Shown: positions 45,612 through 55,747 of the stretch, in pieces
How positions within the stretch are numbered: the stretch's first letter is position 1
Layout: each line of letters begins with the position of its first letter
Source: a virus
Lineage: Duplodnaviria; Caudoviricetes
Virus record (IMG/VR): IMGVR_UViG_3300032007_000036
Coordinates: 32,001-96,000 of that record
DNA length: 64,000 nucleotides
Reading direction: 5' to 3' (one strand)
Made by a program: the position numbers and the translations under genes
Notes under the pieces: model-generated
Told to the model about the DNA's origin: nothing
Seen by the model: only the letters and a program-made list of their open reading frames with translations
The model's database searches: none

Positions 45612-47662
45612 CAAGGACCGAAATGCCTCCTGCCCAGAGGATGATCCTTAACAGTAATCAGGGGATTGTCAACATCATCGAGAGCGAAACTATCCGCAAG
45701 GACATGTGGAGAATCGTTGATGAGATCTTCTCCAAGCTCAAGGATCACTATGGACCGTACAGTATGTTCGCTGGTCTTGACGACAACACACCTTTGTCTG
45801 ACTCTGTGTTCACAAAGGACGGTGCAAATATTGTCAAGAACATCAGCTACTCCAGTCCTCTTGAAGACTGGATGAGGAGAGCGATCCTGTACATCGGTAC
45901 GAACATCGAGAAGTCTGCTGGAGACGGAACCACGTCTTCGATGATGTTCGCATGCTCTATGTTGAAGCACATGAACTCCAGCATAGATGCACTCAAACCA
46001 ATCAACTACTCGCAGTTCAGGGATGCCTGGGCTGAGTTCGTCAAGGAAGTTGAAGAGCGTACCAAGAAATACATCTTCTCTGCCAAGAACTCCAATGGTG
46101 AGTACGATCCCAAGAAGGTAAGGGATATTGTATACATGCAGGCTTACACGTCATCCCACGGTGACAAGGAGCTTGCTGAGGCGGTAGCAACTATCTTCGA
46201 GGATACTCCTTCTCACATGTGGGCGAAGATGGGATTTGGTCGCCGTCGCTATGAATCCAAGAAACGGTTCGAGGTTATCGAGCAGGAACAGCAGTACCTG
46301 ATGGAAACCGAGATCATGTCCAAGACTGTGTTCAACAAGGACATGGGTCGTTACTTGGAGTACGAGAATGCAACTCTCATCGTCATAAACGGATCGATCA
46401 GTATAGACTCTGTCTGGTGGCCGAAGATCAAGGAAGTTCTCGAGAAGTCGACAAAAGAAAAACCTGCAGTTATTCTGTGCTACAACGACTTCGACAATGC
46501 GACGTTCGCTGAACTCATGAGGATGACTTCCGTCAACACGGAAGAGGAGCATTACTGTTTCGCAGTGTTCGGTAACAAACCGGTTCACCCGACTGTTAAC
46601 GACTTCACTGTCATTCAGGCTATCGCTGGTGCCAATGTCCTTGAGTACACCAACGGTGAGTTCACCGAGAAGCCGATGTTCATTGACAACGTGTACGTCA
46701 AGTACGAGTTCAAGAGACTTGAGCTTGGTAACTTGTACGATGATCCTCGTCCTAAAGCAAGGATGATTCGTGAACGTCCGTTCTACAATGATCCGGCTAA
46801 AGCTTTCTACCGTGAGTTTGCTGACACCATTCAGAAGTTCATCGAGTCTTACGAGATGGCTGACCTTGATGCTCTCAAGCAGAAGGAGCTCAGTAACCAC
46901 AAGGAGATGTACAACAGGCTCCGTTACGACAAGACTATAACGCTGATCATTGGTGGCAACACCTTCGATAACCTTGCGATGTTTGATGTCGTTGACGATG
47001 TCATCCGTGCTTCTATCCGTACGCTCGAGAATGGAGCAGTCCTGTCTAACAACAAGACTACCTATCGGGTTATGGAGGAGATGCTGGAAGACTACTCCAA
47101 GAAGGAGGAGCTTACTCCGCAGGAGAGGACTATCCGTTGGTTCGCTGCCAACACTAAAGCTGCATTCGAAGAGTTCGCTGCTGTTGTGATGGAACAGCTG
47201 TATCCTCATGGTACTCAGGGAGTTAGTGGTGCTGTACCAGCATCGCTCTTCTCTCGTCTCGGTGGGTTCTTCAGTACTGACATTGATCCTATCACTGGAC
47301 TTCCCAAGAACAACTACGAATCTTGCTGCATGAGTGAATTCTTCATGTCTGACAAGGTGAAGTATGCGTTCAGCGAGAAGGACAAACGCGATTTCTGCGA
47401 CTGGTGGTTCCACCATGCTGTTGACTTGCTCAAGTACGACAGCAAGCAGTTGTGGGATTGTCAGGACTGGCAGAACGCTGTTGATGTCCGTGATCCGATG
47501 GCTAACCTTGAGTTCGGTCCCTTCTGGTTCATCATACAGCCGGCCAACGCCGACATTGTTATGCTAGACAGATTCGGCGAGATCGCTCTTAAGTTCATCC
47601 TTACCGAGCGCATCATCGTTAAAGATGCAGCATACATCAACAAGAAGGGCTCTAAGAAATGA
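45608..47662 (+). CDS. groEL: Phage chaperonin (GroEL/Cpn60-like)
   Basis: YGP, TKDGANI, GDGTT ATP-binding loop, and IGG...VDD.IRA (D398 equivalent); no GGM tail. Confidence 0.88.
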   Translation: MTRTEMPPAQRMILNSNQGIVNIIESETIRKDMWRIVDEIFSKLKDHYGPYSMFAGLDDNTPLSDSVFTKDGANIVKNISYSSPLEDWMRRAILYIGTNIEKSAGDGTTSSMMFACSMLKHMNSSIDALKPINYSQFRDAWAEFVKEVEERTKKYIFSAKNSNGEYDPKKVRDIVYMQAYTSSHGDKELAEAVATIFEDTPSHMWAKMGFGRRRYESKKRFEVIEQEQQYLMETEIMSKTVFNKDMGRYLEYENATLIVINGSISIDSVWWPKIKEVLEKSTKEKPAVILCYNDFDNATFAELMRMTSVNTEEEHYCFAVFGNKPVHPTVNDFTVIQAIAGANVLEYTNGEFTEKPMFIDNVYVKYEFKRLELGNLYDDPRPKARMIRERPFYNDPAKAFYREFADTIQKFIESYEMADLDALKQKELSNHKEMYNRLRYDKTITLIIGGNTFDNLAMFDVVDDVIRASIRTLENGAVLSNNKTTYRVMEEMLEDYSKKEELTPQERTIRWFAANTKAAFEEFAAVVMEQLYPHGTQGVSGAVPASLFSRLGGFFSTDIDPITGLPKNNYESCCMSEFFMSDKVKYAFSEKDKRDFCDWWFHHAVDLLKYDSKQLWDCQDWQNAVDVRDPMANLEFGPFWFIIQPANADIVMLDRFGEIALKFILTERIIVKDAAYINKKGSKK

Positions 47663-48051
47663 TTACCGCACTCAACAACGTACAGCTCAACATCAACATT
47701 GAAGTCAAGTTCACCCTCAAGAGCTTGGTGGATAAGCAGGTGTGGAGAGGTCGTATCATCGGCGTCTGCGGCTTTGATGTCGCGATGCAGTACAACGATG
47801 TTGTCGCTACTCACAACAACATGCCCGCAGCAGTTGCCAAACAGGAACCTGTGTCTCTTACATACATCCTGGTCAAGTGCACTGATGGTCAGATTAGACC
47901 GTTCGCTACTGCGTGGATCAATGAGTCTGAGTTCGAGCGCACAGACAACGTTACGGATGTGACTGTTATCATCCACAACGTGACAGACACGTCCAAGGCA
48001 AAGATACTCACTGAGATCCGTGATCTCGGATTCGAGGTTACTGTGGTGTAA
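47659..48051 (+). CDS. Small beta-rich (SH3-like) jumbo-phage protein
   Basis: 130 aa; ATGA overlap with the chaperonin stop. Confidence 0.65.
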   Translation: MITALNNVQLNINIEVKFTLKSLVDKQVWRGRIIGVCGFDVAMQYNDVVATHNNMPAAVAKQEPVSLTYILVKCTDGQIRPFATAWINESEFERTDNVTDVTVIIHNVTDTSKAKILTEIRDLGFEVTVV

Positions 48052-48067
48052 AAGAAACAAACAAGTT

Positions 48068-48104
48068 GACCAGATGGGGCTCCCTTGCGGGAGCCCCATC
48101 TGGT
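48068..48104. terminator. Bidirectional terminator
   Basis: ACCAGATGGGGCTCCC-TTGC-GGGAGCCCCATCTGGT. Confidence 0.85.
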
Positions 48105-48116
48105 TACCTGTTCTTT

Positions 48117-49415
48117 TTATTTCTTATTTGCAGCATCGTTGATCTTGGTAACGATCCTGTTACACAGAGTGCGGATACGTTCCATGTCAGTGACGCAGTA
48201 GCTGATGTGCATGACAACCTCAGCCACCCACTGTCCTTGTTTCTGGAGACCACGTTCAAGATTGGTGTCAGCTCCAGTTCCCATCTCACGGGAAGTCTTC
48301 AGGTTGTTTGCGTGCGCACGAGCAATTTCGCCTACCTGAGTCAGGAACACCTTGGACTCATTAATGTACTTGATGATACCATCCTGGTTCTCCATGCCAG
48401 AGCGGAGAAGAACCGATTTACAAGCGATGAGAAGGTTCTTGTAGTCTTCCTCATTCTTGAACACGGTGGTGTAATCAATGGCAGCAATGCTGGTATCCAG
48501 AACACCCTTGTTGAAGAAGATCGTCCCACCATTGTTCGTGATAGAATAACCAGCTTTCTCAAGCATTGACTTGAGAGGACGAGGATTGTCCAAGAACCGA
48601 GTTCCGATGAATCCAACGATCGGGCTGGTCTTGATGACCTCAGCAGGATTGGACTCAATGTTCTCCATGAGTTTCTTCATAATGGCGTTGGGTGGGTTAC
48701 GACCCTCACCACAGTACTCAAGGAACTTGCTGTCGACCAGATCAGAAGGACCATTGACAGGAGACTTGGTTCCGCACACCTGAGGTGTCGTACGGCAGAG
48801 AGAGGTTGCAATGTTCATGTCAATGCAGAACCTGCTGATGAGCTCACGGATATCTAAGTTTAGACCTCCGCGACTACCAGCATCATTGACGGCTTTACCG
48901 ATACGAAGTATACGTTCTTCAGTCGTTTCACCAGAATTGACAATCTGGAGAGTCTTGATGCACTTGTCGATGATGTGAGTGTCACCTCTCCAAACACGGA
49001 TAAGGCGGCTGAGGAATCCGACGATACGGTTGAACATATCGACGATCCAGTCCCAGATCTTCTTGAGGATGGTTCCGATGGTGGCGAAGAGACCTTCCAT
49101 GCAGACAGCACCCTTTTCCTCGTCAGTACCGAGAAGGTTAACGAGCTCGACATTGGTGTTCTCAAGGAACGAACCGTCTTCGTTGACGAGGTTGAACCAC
49201 TCGTCGGAGTAACCGTTGGCTTCTAGCGAACCCTTGATGGTGTCAAGAGCCTCAAGAGTAGCTACGAGCTGCTTGCCCATGAGGACGTTCTCGGCAAGCT
49301 GTTCTCTCGCCTCAGCGATCTGAACCTTGAGTTCGTCACAGTCCGGAAGTGAGTTGAGCAGCTGAGATGTTCTCTGGTTGATTGAACTCAGAGAAGTTCT
49401 GATTGATAGATTCAT
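48117..49415 (-). CDS. Internal head protein (phiKZ head paralog family)
   Basis: Acidic propeptide with SLE, then MEG-LFATI..ILKKIWDWIVDMF amphipathic helix. Confidence 0.65.
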   Translation of the reverse strand: MNLSIRTSLSSINQRTSQLLNSLPDCDELKVQIAEAREQLAENVLMGKQLVATLEALDTIKGSLEANGYSDEWFNLVNEDGSFLENTNVELVNLLGTDEEKGAVCMEGLFATIGTILKKIWDWIVDMFNRIVGFLSRLIRVWRGDTHIIDKCIKTLQIVNSGETTEERILRIGKAVNDAGSRGGLNLDIRELISRFCIDMNIATSLCRTTPQVCGTKSPVNGPSDLVDSKFLEYCGEGRNPPNAIMKKLMENIESNPAEVIKTSPIVGFIGTRFLDNPRPLKSMLEKAGYSITNNGGTIFFNKGVLDTSIAAIDYTTVFKNEEDYKNLLIACKSVLLRSGMENQDGIIKYINESKVFLTQVGEIARAHANNLKTSREMGTGADTNLERGLQKQGQWVAEVVMHISYCVTDMERIRTLCNRIVTKINDAANKK

Positions 49416-50992
49416 GATTTGTTTCCTGAAAGTTGTTTGAACTTAGCCTCAAAGTATCCGAGGAGGTTATCACTCAGCTGATGGATATCAGTCATGAGTT
49501 CCTCCAGTTCCTGTTCGGCCCTACCGTTGGTGAACCAAGCGATGAACGACGGCAGTGAGCAGTACTTCATGAAGAGTCGATACTTCTTCTGCATCAACTC
49601 GAAGTACTTGTCACTTCTGGATACGTTGTCAATGGTCGTGAGTATCGTCTCTATGTCCTTGATGTACTTGTCGACATACTCAGCCGAAGCTCCGTGGATC
49701 TTGAGCTGCTTGACAGAATGGTTGAGGATCTCTCTGTAACGCTCACTCGTTGGAGGATACGACCTGAAGGTATAATCACCGAAAGACTGCTGTACCCAAA
49801 ACAGAAGTCTGAGTTTAGCATACAGACCGAGAGCTTTACCTTGAGCCTCTTCCTTGAGTAGAGCGGCAATATCTTTCTCAGACTTGCCTATCATTCCATA
49901 GAACTTCGTGATCTTCTCCAGAGCCGTAACTTGGTCTGCGCCGAATCCATGAGTGAATGCGTATTCATCTGCTTTGCGCTCCTGCCAAGTCCACATACGT
50001 TCACTTACAGGAAGATCAGCCAGCTTCTTCTTCTGTCCGTCACGAAGTCTAAGTAAAAAACGCGTTCTGTCAGTAATAAGTAGATCCAGTGCTCCAGACA
50101 GGACAACCGACAACAGATAGAAAGCAGAACCTATCGTGCTACCGATGAACGAAGCACGTGTAGGAGCAGGCATCCTCTGACCAGATGACTGATAGTCTTT
50201 CTCAGCCTGAGTTACAGCCTTAAGTAATCCAGCAGCTTCCTTGGTGTAGCCATTGGAAGAAGCAATGTTCGCAACTCTCTTGCCAAGTTCAATCGACTTC
50301 TCTACAGTAGCAGTCTTCTTGAAGTAGGCTTCAAGAGTCCTGAATGTAGCAGCACGAGCATACAGATCAGCAGCGTGTTCGACGAGGGTTAGGTTGTGTC
50401 CGATCTCGTGAAGCATGATAGCGGTAAGCTCACGGGCAGTGAGGTACTCAGCTCCACTGTTCTTGGGAAGATAGTCAACACTCAGAAATCCGAGAGACAG
50501 ATCGAAACCGATTGCACAACGAACGATCTTCTTGATCTGTTCACGATGCTCAGGTTTGATGATGCCCTTCTCGACATCATAGCTCTTAGCGAGAGCGATC
50601 AACTCATCCACAGTGAATTCCTCACCACGGAGAGAAGTGAACCAATCACTAGCCTGACCATTGAGGCTGTCAACGATCTGACTTGTACCACGTGCAGTGA
50701 GCTCGTCACCCTTCTGTATGCAGATCCACGTGCAGAAGCTGACCTCAAAATTCGGTTTGAAGAACACGGCTTCTATATTCAGTCCAGTGTTCTTGTAGAC
50801 GATGTCGATGAAGCGCTTGGCTATCTTCTTAGCGAAGAAGTTCTGAATCGAAGTCAGTCTTCCCTGGAAAGACACACCGTTCAGATCGTTATCCCGGTAG
50901 TCTATAACTTCCTGGAATAGAGCTGTCAGCTCATCACCGATCTTGGATCGGGTGACGGCCGACATAGCTTCTAAAGATGGTGAAAAACGCAT
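49412..50992 (-). CDS. Virion protein with a zincin (HExxH) metallopeptidase domain
   Basis: ELTAIMLHEIGH and E..AD.YA...GFG; N-terminal SLE-A. Confidence 0.7.
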   Translation of the reverse strand: MRFSPSLEAMSAVTRSKIGDELTALFQEVIDYRDNDLNGVSFQGRLTSIQNFFAKKIAKRFIDIVYKNTGLNIEAVFFKPNFEVSFCTWICIQKGDELTARGTSQIVDSLNGQASDWFTSLRGEEFTVDELIALAKSYDVEKGIIKPEHREQIKKIVRCAIGFDLSLGFLSVDYLPKNSGAEYLTARELTAIMLHEIGHNLTLVEHAADLYARAATFRTLEAYFKKTATVEKSIELGKRVANIASSNGYTKEAAGLLKAVTQAEKDYQSSGQRMPAPTRASFIGSTIGSAFYLLSVVLSGALDLLITDRTRFLLRLRDGQKKKLADLPVSERMWTWQERKADEYAFTHGFGADQVTALEKITKFYGMIGKSEKDIAALLKEEAQGKALGLYAKLRLLFWVQQSFGDYTFRSYPPTSERYREILNHSVKQLKIHGASAEYVDKYIKDIETILTTIDNVSRSDKYFELMQKKYRLFMKYCSLPSFIAWFTNGRAEQELEELMTDIHQLSDNLLGYFEAKFKQLSGNKS

Positions 50993-51091
50993 AAATGCTC
51001 TTTCTTAAAGTTGTTGATTTTAGTTATATTATCGTCTATTTAGTAGGCACTTTTACCAAAAATGACAGCAAAAAATGAAGAGATGAATAGA

Positions 51092-51127
51092 GGTACACAC
51101 GGGGCACCGAAATGCCCCGTGTGTACC
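51092..51127 (-). terminator. Intrinsic terminator
   Basis: GGTACACACGGGGCA / TGCCCCGTGTGTACC stem. Confidence 0.8.
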
Positions 51128-51151
51128 GGTTGACTTGGACGGAGGGACTCC

Positions 51152-51277
51152 TTAGATACATGCTACGAGCATGCACCTGGAGACCATGAGTTTACTTACA
51201 CCGAAGTGCATGATCAAGGGCGTTGACTCAACGCTACCTATCAACATGCTCCCCAACAGTGCCGGTAGACTAATCAT
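51152..51277 (-). CDS. 41-aa hydrophobic micro-protein absent from the ORF track
   Basis: GGAGG-N6-ATG; MISLPALLGSMLIGSVESTPLIMHFGVSKLMVSRCMLVACI; TATATCAC upstream and terminator downstream. Confidence 0.5.
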   Translation of the reverse strand: MISLPALLGSMLIGSVESTPLIMHFGVSKLMVSRCMLVACI

Positions 51278-51344
51278 GTTTAACCTCCATTCTTCAATCG
51301 CTTTGCCATCATGGCTTAGCAAATTAGTGATATATACTCAACCG

Positions 51345-52346
51345 TTAATCATCTTCATTGGGGATCTGACCCTTCTGAAGAGTAGCGGCATCGCGAGCAG
51401 CTCTACCGATAACAGTGTCGATAGTAGCCACACGCTTGGTAAGTATCACCAGACCTGCTTGCGTGAAATTGAGAACTTTGGTCTTGAACACGAGTTTCTT
51501 CTGAGTTTCAGAAAGAGTGACGTCATCTGCTCCATCGGAGACCTTGTTGTTGATCTGCCGTTTCAGTTCATTGATATCACTCTCCAGTTCGCGTTCAATG
51601 TTCTTGAGTTTGACAGCTGCTCCGCAGAGGTTGACATATGCAACACATACAGAGTTAGCCTTCTTTAGAGACCACCCGCATGTGCCGTACGTACCAGAGA
51701 TAACCTCAATGTTCTCGCTATCAGCATCAAGGAACTGTGTACCGTTGAACTTGATTCCGCATCGTTCAGATTCACGAGTGATGTACATATCGACCCCCTC
51801 TGAGTCTCTGAACTCATTTGCGTCCCTAAGCATAAGTACGATTTGGTGTGTGTGAGATATGTACTTATCAAGATCTTCCGGATTGACAGTGTCGAATACC
51901 TCAAGGTTAGCGAACTTGTCCGCTACTCCAGAAGTGGAGTCGGCCAACATGAACATCTGCCTGTACTTGACAGCTGTCGACGCTGCGCGGTACTGGGAGT
52001 TGAACATCCACCTGAAACAGTGCTTAACACCGTCCCAAAGCTTGAGAAGCATACGCCAGAGTTCAGAGATGACGCGCTTGACGATCTCCCACGCAGACTC
52101 TTCAGCTGCGCTGATCTCAATCACGTTCTCAGAGAACATGGAGCAGATATCCTCGTAGTCCTTGATGTAGTCAAGAACTTCAGTAGCAACAGGATCGTTC
52201 ATCTTGTACTGCTTGGATAACCTGTCCGTAATGTCAATGCCTCTGTTGATCGCTTGTACAAGGATGTTAGAGCGACGGAACTCCTCGTCTATCTCTGCAG
52301 CATTGATGCGCAGATAACCGTTGGTTGTGTAGGAAAGTGTCATCAC
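51345..52346 (-). CDS. Internal head protein
   Basis: AEE-SAWEIVKRVI..LW..L.KLWD pattern typical of phiKZ-like head proteins. Confidence 0.6.
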   Translation of the reverse strand: MMTLSYTTNGYLRINAAEIDEEFRRSNILVQAINRGIDITDRLSKQYKMNDPVATEVLDYIKDYEDICSMFSENVIEISAAEESAWEIVKRVISELWRMLLKLWDGVKHCFRWMFNSQYRAASTAVKYRQMFMLADSTSGVADKFANLEVFDTVNPEDLDKYISHTHQIVLMLRDANEFRDSEGVDMYITRESERCGIKFNGTQFLDADSENIEVISGTYGTCGWSLKKANSVCVAYVNLCGAAVKLKNIERELESDINELKRQINNKVSDGADDVTLSETQKKLVFKTKVLNFTQAGLVILTKRVATIDTVIGRAARDAATLQKGQIPNEDD

Positions 52347-53623
52347 TTAGCTCCTTCCCTGAAACGCTTGATACGCTCGACAGCAGTTCTCTTCTGTCCG
52401 TACTGGAACTCGGCTTCACACTTGAGGAACTGACCTACGATGATGGAAGGTTTAGCACGACGAGCCGTCAGGTACTCTGACAACCTCGTAAGCCTGTACT
52501 CCCACGTGATGTAGGTCGAGTTACCGCACATGTTGCCTATGCACAGCGCAGCATCAGGTGTTACTCCCATATAGGTTCCGACGATCTTGGATAGATCGGA
52601 ATTGCCGTTGTAGTCGCAGCTGTTGAACACGCGTTCGCGATCAACTCCATCCTTGAAGCGCAACATGTTGATGTTGTAATTCTCTCCGGAGTGGATGAAC
52701 GCAAACTTGGCGTAAGACCTGCTACCGCTGATCAGAGAGTTGATGTACACCAACACACCGATAATAGCAACGATAGCTTCCCTGAGCTGATTGCATAGAG
52801 GAACGTCACGAGACATAACAGCTTTGCGCATGTCATCAAGCAAACGATCCCTGAGTAAATCAAGGATGTAGCGATGACACTTGGCGAAGGAGTTGCCGAT
52901 GACGTAGTCGTCCTTGTCCTGACTGTAGAACGTAGTGTTCCGCGATGGGTCGTACTTGAGTATCGAGTCCGTGTTCTTGCTGAACTTGCTGTACTCTCTA
53001 CCGATGACCTCAGGTATCGCAGCAGCATAAAGCGCTTTGCAGTTCTCAACTATGGAGTTGAGACTGCTAACAACTGGGTTGAATCCGGATACTGCATTGA
53101 TGACTGCCTTAGGCAGCCTTATCCCTACAGGGATGGCCTGACCGATCTCGCTGTAGCAAGCTACGTAGATGATCCTCTCGATAAATTCGATGGTTCTTCC
53201 AACACGGTAGTTATCCGCCATCTTGATCAGTTCCTTGGGGAACGGATGGTCGATGAGATCGGCAACACCGATATCGGTAACAGGGCAGTTGATTGGTGAT
53301 ACGGCTTTAACTCCCTCAGGGGATCCGTTACACCATCTAGACATGACCTTGTACAGCGGCTCGTCCTTGTTCCAGCCGTAGTAACAGAACGGATCAAGAT
53401 CAAAACTGCATTTGCTGCACAGATAAGTGTAGACTGTGTCGTCCTTGGTTACGAAATCCAACTCTTTAAAGAGCATGAACCAGGACGCGTACCTAGTCCA
53501 GTCACTCCAACCTAGAGTGTCATTGGACGAGTACGGTCCTGGATCCATGGGAGCTTCACAACACCTGTCACACCCACCTGCTTGATCGTCTACCCAATTG
53601 TAGCCTCTTAAGTAGGTGAGCAT
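52343..53623 (-). CDS. Hypothetical protein in the head cluster
   Basis: 426 aa, coupled to its neighbours; Cys/Trp-rich N-terminus. Confidence 0.7.
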   Translation of the reverse strand: MLTYLRGYNWVDDQAGGCDRCCEAPMDPGPYSSNDTLGWSDWTRYASWFMLFKELDFVTKDDTVYTYLCSKCSFDLDPFCYYGWNKDEPLYKVMSRWCNGSPEGVKAVSPINCPVTDIGVADLIDHPFPKELIKMADNYRVGRTIEFIERIIYVACYSEIGQAIPVGIRLPKAVINAVSGFNPVVSSLNSIVENCKALYAAAIPEVIGREYSKFSKNTDSILKYDPSRNTTFYSQDKDDYVIGNSFAKCHRYILDLLRDRLLDDMRKAVMSRDVPLCNQLREAIVAIIGVLVYINSLISGSRSYAKFAFIHSGENYNINMLRFKDGVDRERVFNSCDYNGNSDLSKIVGTYMGVTPDAALCIGNMCGNSTYITWEYRLTRLSEYLTARRAKPSIIVGQFLKCEAEFQYGQKRTAVERIKRFREGAK

Positions 53624-53627
53624 GGTG

Positions 53628-54611
53628 TTAGTCCTCGTTGTAGTACTTGTCGATCTTCTGGTTCAGACGATCGATCATGTCGTTGTAGTTCTTGATGATC
53701 TTGACGATGCGCTTGTAACGCTCGCTGTTCGGATCCTCGCCCTCAAGCGCCATCTGGAGGAACTCTACGCGTGCTTTGTGCTGATCGCGCATCGCACGGT
53801 TCTGACGAGCCTGGTCATCGAAGAAGTCAGTGATGAAATCACCGATGATGCGGAAGATCCTCAGACCACGACAGCCAGAGCTGATGTCTGATTCGTTGAT
53901 CTGCCCGCCGATCTTGGCGAACTTCGTGTTCGACGTGTTGTCAGCGGTAACCAGGGCAACATCGCTACCAGACTTGCGGTAGTTGATAACACCCTGCGTG
54001 AAGATCTTGCGGAGACGACCGTTGATCATCTTGCAACAGATACCGGAAACCGCGTCAACATGGTTGGCAAGGTACTTTACCTGATAGGCAGGAACCTTGA
54101 ACGTGTCAGGTTTCTTGTCGGCGATGATCGCGGCGATGAACGCCTCAGCGAACTTGGAGAGAATACGAGCGTCATCGACGATGCCGTACACAGCAACGTG
54201 ACTGATCTTCGTGTTGTACAAGTTGAAGGACTTGTCGTCACCGAACAGGTCGTTGACGTTGGCAACGATCTCGCCAATAACGGCGGAAGAAGCCTGCATT
54301 GACTCGACAAGAGCACCGAGATAGTTGCTCTCCTGACGATGCTTGGCGATGCCAGTGAGTCCAGCGTTCATCTTGCTCCAGATGACCGTCGTGAGGTTCT
54401 TGTTGTTAGCCTTAGCTCCGGCGACAAGATCGCCCTGAAGTTTGGAGGTGGCAGTACCGAGATCGGTGAAGAACTGAAGGTGAGTGTTGAGTGCCGCAGC
54501 AATAGCCGTAGCATAATCAACGAACTGTTCCTTCGACATGTTCTTGGATGCAGTTCCGTTCTTGACGTCTTCCGCCACGGCTACATCGAGTTTATCCAAA
54601 GCTTTGCTCAT
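53628..54611 (-). CDS. Head/inner-body protein (phiKZ gp90-like)
   Basis: C-terminal coiled coil; follows the gp89-like gene. Confidence 0.55.
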   Translation of the reverse strand: MSKALDKLDVAVAEDVKNGTASKNMSKEQFVDYATAIAAALNTHLQFFTDLGTATSKLQGDLVAGAKANNKNLTTVIWSKMNAGLTGIAKHRQESNYLGALVESMQASSAVIGEIVANVNDLFGDDKSFNLYNTKISHVAVYGIVDDARILSKFAEAFIAAIIADKKPDTFKVPAYQVKYLANHVDAVSGICCKMINGRLRKIFTQGVINYRKSGSDVALVTADNTSNTKFAKIGGQINESDISSGCRGLRIFRIIGDFITDFFDDQARQNRAMRDQHKARVEFLQMALEGEDPNSERYKRIVKIIKNYNDMIDRLNQKIDKYYNED

Positions 54612-54628
54612 GTGATACCTTCTCTTTC

Positions 54629-55747
54629 TTAGAAGCGAGGAGCCTGGCCTGCAGCGAACACCGACATGAGCGTCTTCATGTCAACGGAGTCCTTGCTGCC
54701 TTTACCGACAGATTCTTTAATCTGCTCGACGGAATACTTTCCAGGGTTCTGCAACCCGTTGAAGTAGATGTCGACGGTTTCGTAGTTCGGATCGAATACG
54801 ACAAGCATCATTGCCATGCAGCCAGTCATGATCTTCTGACGAACGTCATAACGACGATAGTCGAGACCTTCATCCTTCATGATCCTGTCGATTGTACGAC
54901 GAGAGATAACGATGATGGACGAAGCCGAGTTGTGGTTCCTCTTGGCTATCGGAGCCATAGCAGCGGCAGCCTTTGTGATCTGGGTTTTCTTGCGATCTTC
55001 CATCTCACGGAGGATACCTTCCTTATCGGCCTTCAGTGCTTTAGCACGCTTGGCCACCAAGTCTGCTTCGAAAATGAAGTCTTTCCAGAAAGAGATCTCA
55101 CCGGCCTTGAACTTGGCCCAACGAGAAGACATCGACGGCGGGAAGTTCTTGCTGATGAACACTTCGAGAACGCTCGTCGGAGTCGTGAACGGAGCCAGCT
55201 GGACATAGAAGTACAGCGGGACAGATCCGCCCTTGCCGTCAGCAACCTTAACCTCAACCAGACGACCTGTGAACAGAGCCTGCTCAAGCTTGGTCTCCTT
55301 AACAGTGTTGCCCTTGTCGTGACCCTTCTCAGTGTTATCGTCCTCAAGGTTGTCTTTGACGTCACGAGCGATCTGCACGACATCTTCCATGCCAGCGATC
55401 ACTTTAACGTTCTTGTCGCCGAACTTCTCCTTGATGACATCGAGGAACTGATGGAAGTCCTCAGTTGAGATCATCGCAGCCATGTCACGAACAGTACGGC
55501 CACCGGCAACCATGTTGCTGAGACCAACAGCCGTGAACACAAATCCACCGAGAAGGTGATTGACGAACTTCATGATTGGAAGCATGCCGTCTTCACGGAC
55601 GATGCTGTCCTCAATGTACGCACGGGAGGAGATCAAGGTCTTCTTCGTGTACTCAGTCAGAGATGTGACCGAACGGTCTTTCATCTCGCAAATGAAGTCA
55701 ACGACTTCCTTGATACTTCCAACTGTATCACTTGCTACATCACTCAT
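54629..55747 (-). CDS. Head/inner-body protein (phiKZ gp89-like)
   Basis: SLTEYTK, G.L.EV, R...K.GEI.FWKDFIF..DL and N.AS.I.V.S motifs; STE and GME sites. Confidence 0.65.
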   Translation of the reverse strand: MSDVASDTVGSIKEVVDFICEMKDRSVTSLTEYTKKTLISSRAYIEDSIVREDGMLPIMKFVNHLLGGFVFTAVGLSNMVAGGRTVRDMAAMISTEDFHQFLDVIKEKFGDKNVKVIAGMEDVVQIARDVKDNLEDDNTEKGHDKGNTVKETKLEQALFTGRLVEVKVADGKGGSVPLYFYVQLAPFTTPTSVLEVFISKNFPPSMSSRWAKFKAGEISFWKDFIFEADLVAKRAKALKADKEGILREMEDRKKTQITKAAAAMAPIAKRNHNSASSIIVISRRTIDRIMKDEGLDYRRYDVRQKIMTGCMAMMLVVFDPNYETVDIYFNGLQNPGKYSVEQIKESVGKGSKDSVDMKTLMSVFAAGQAPRF

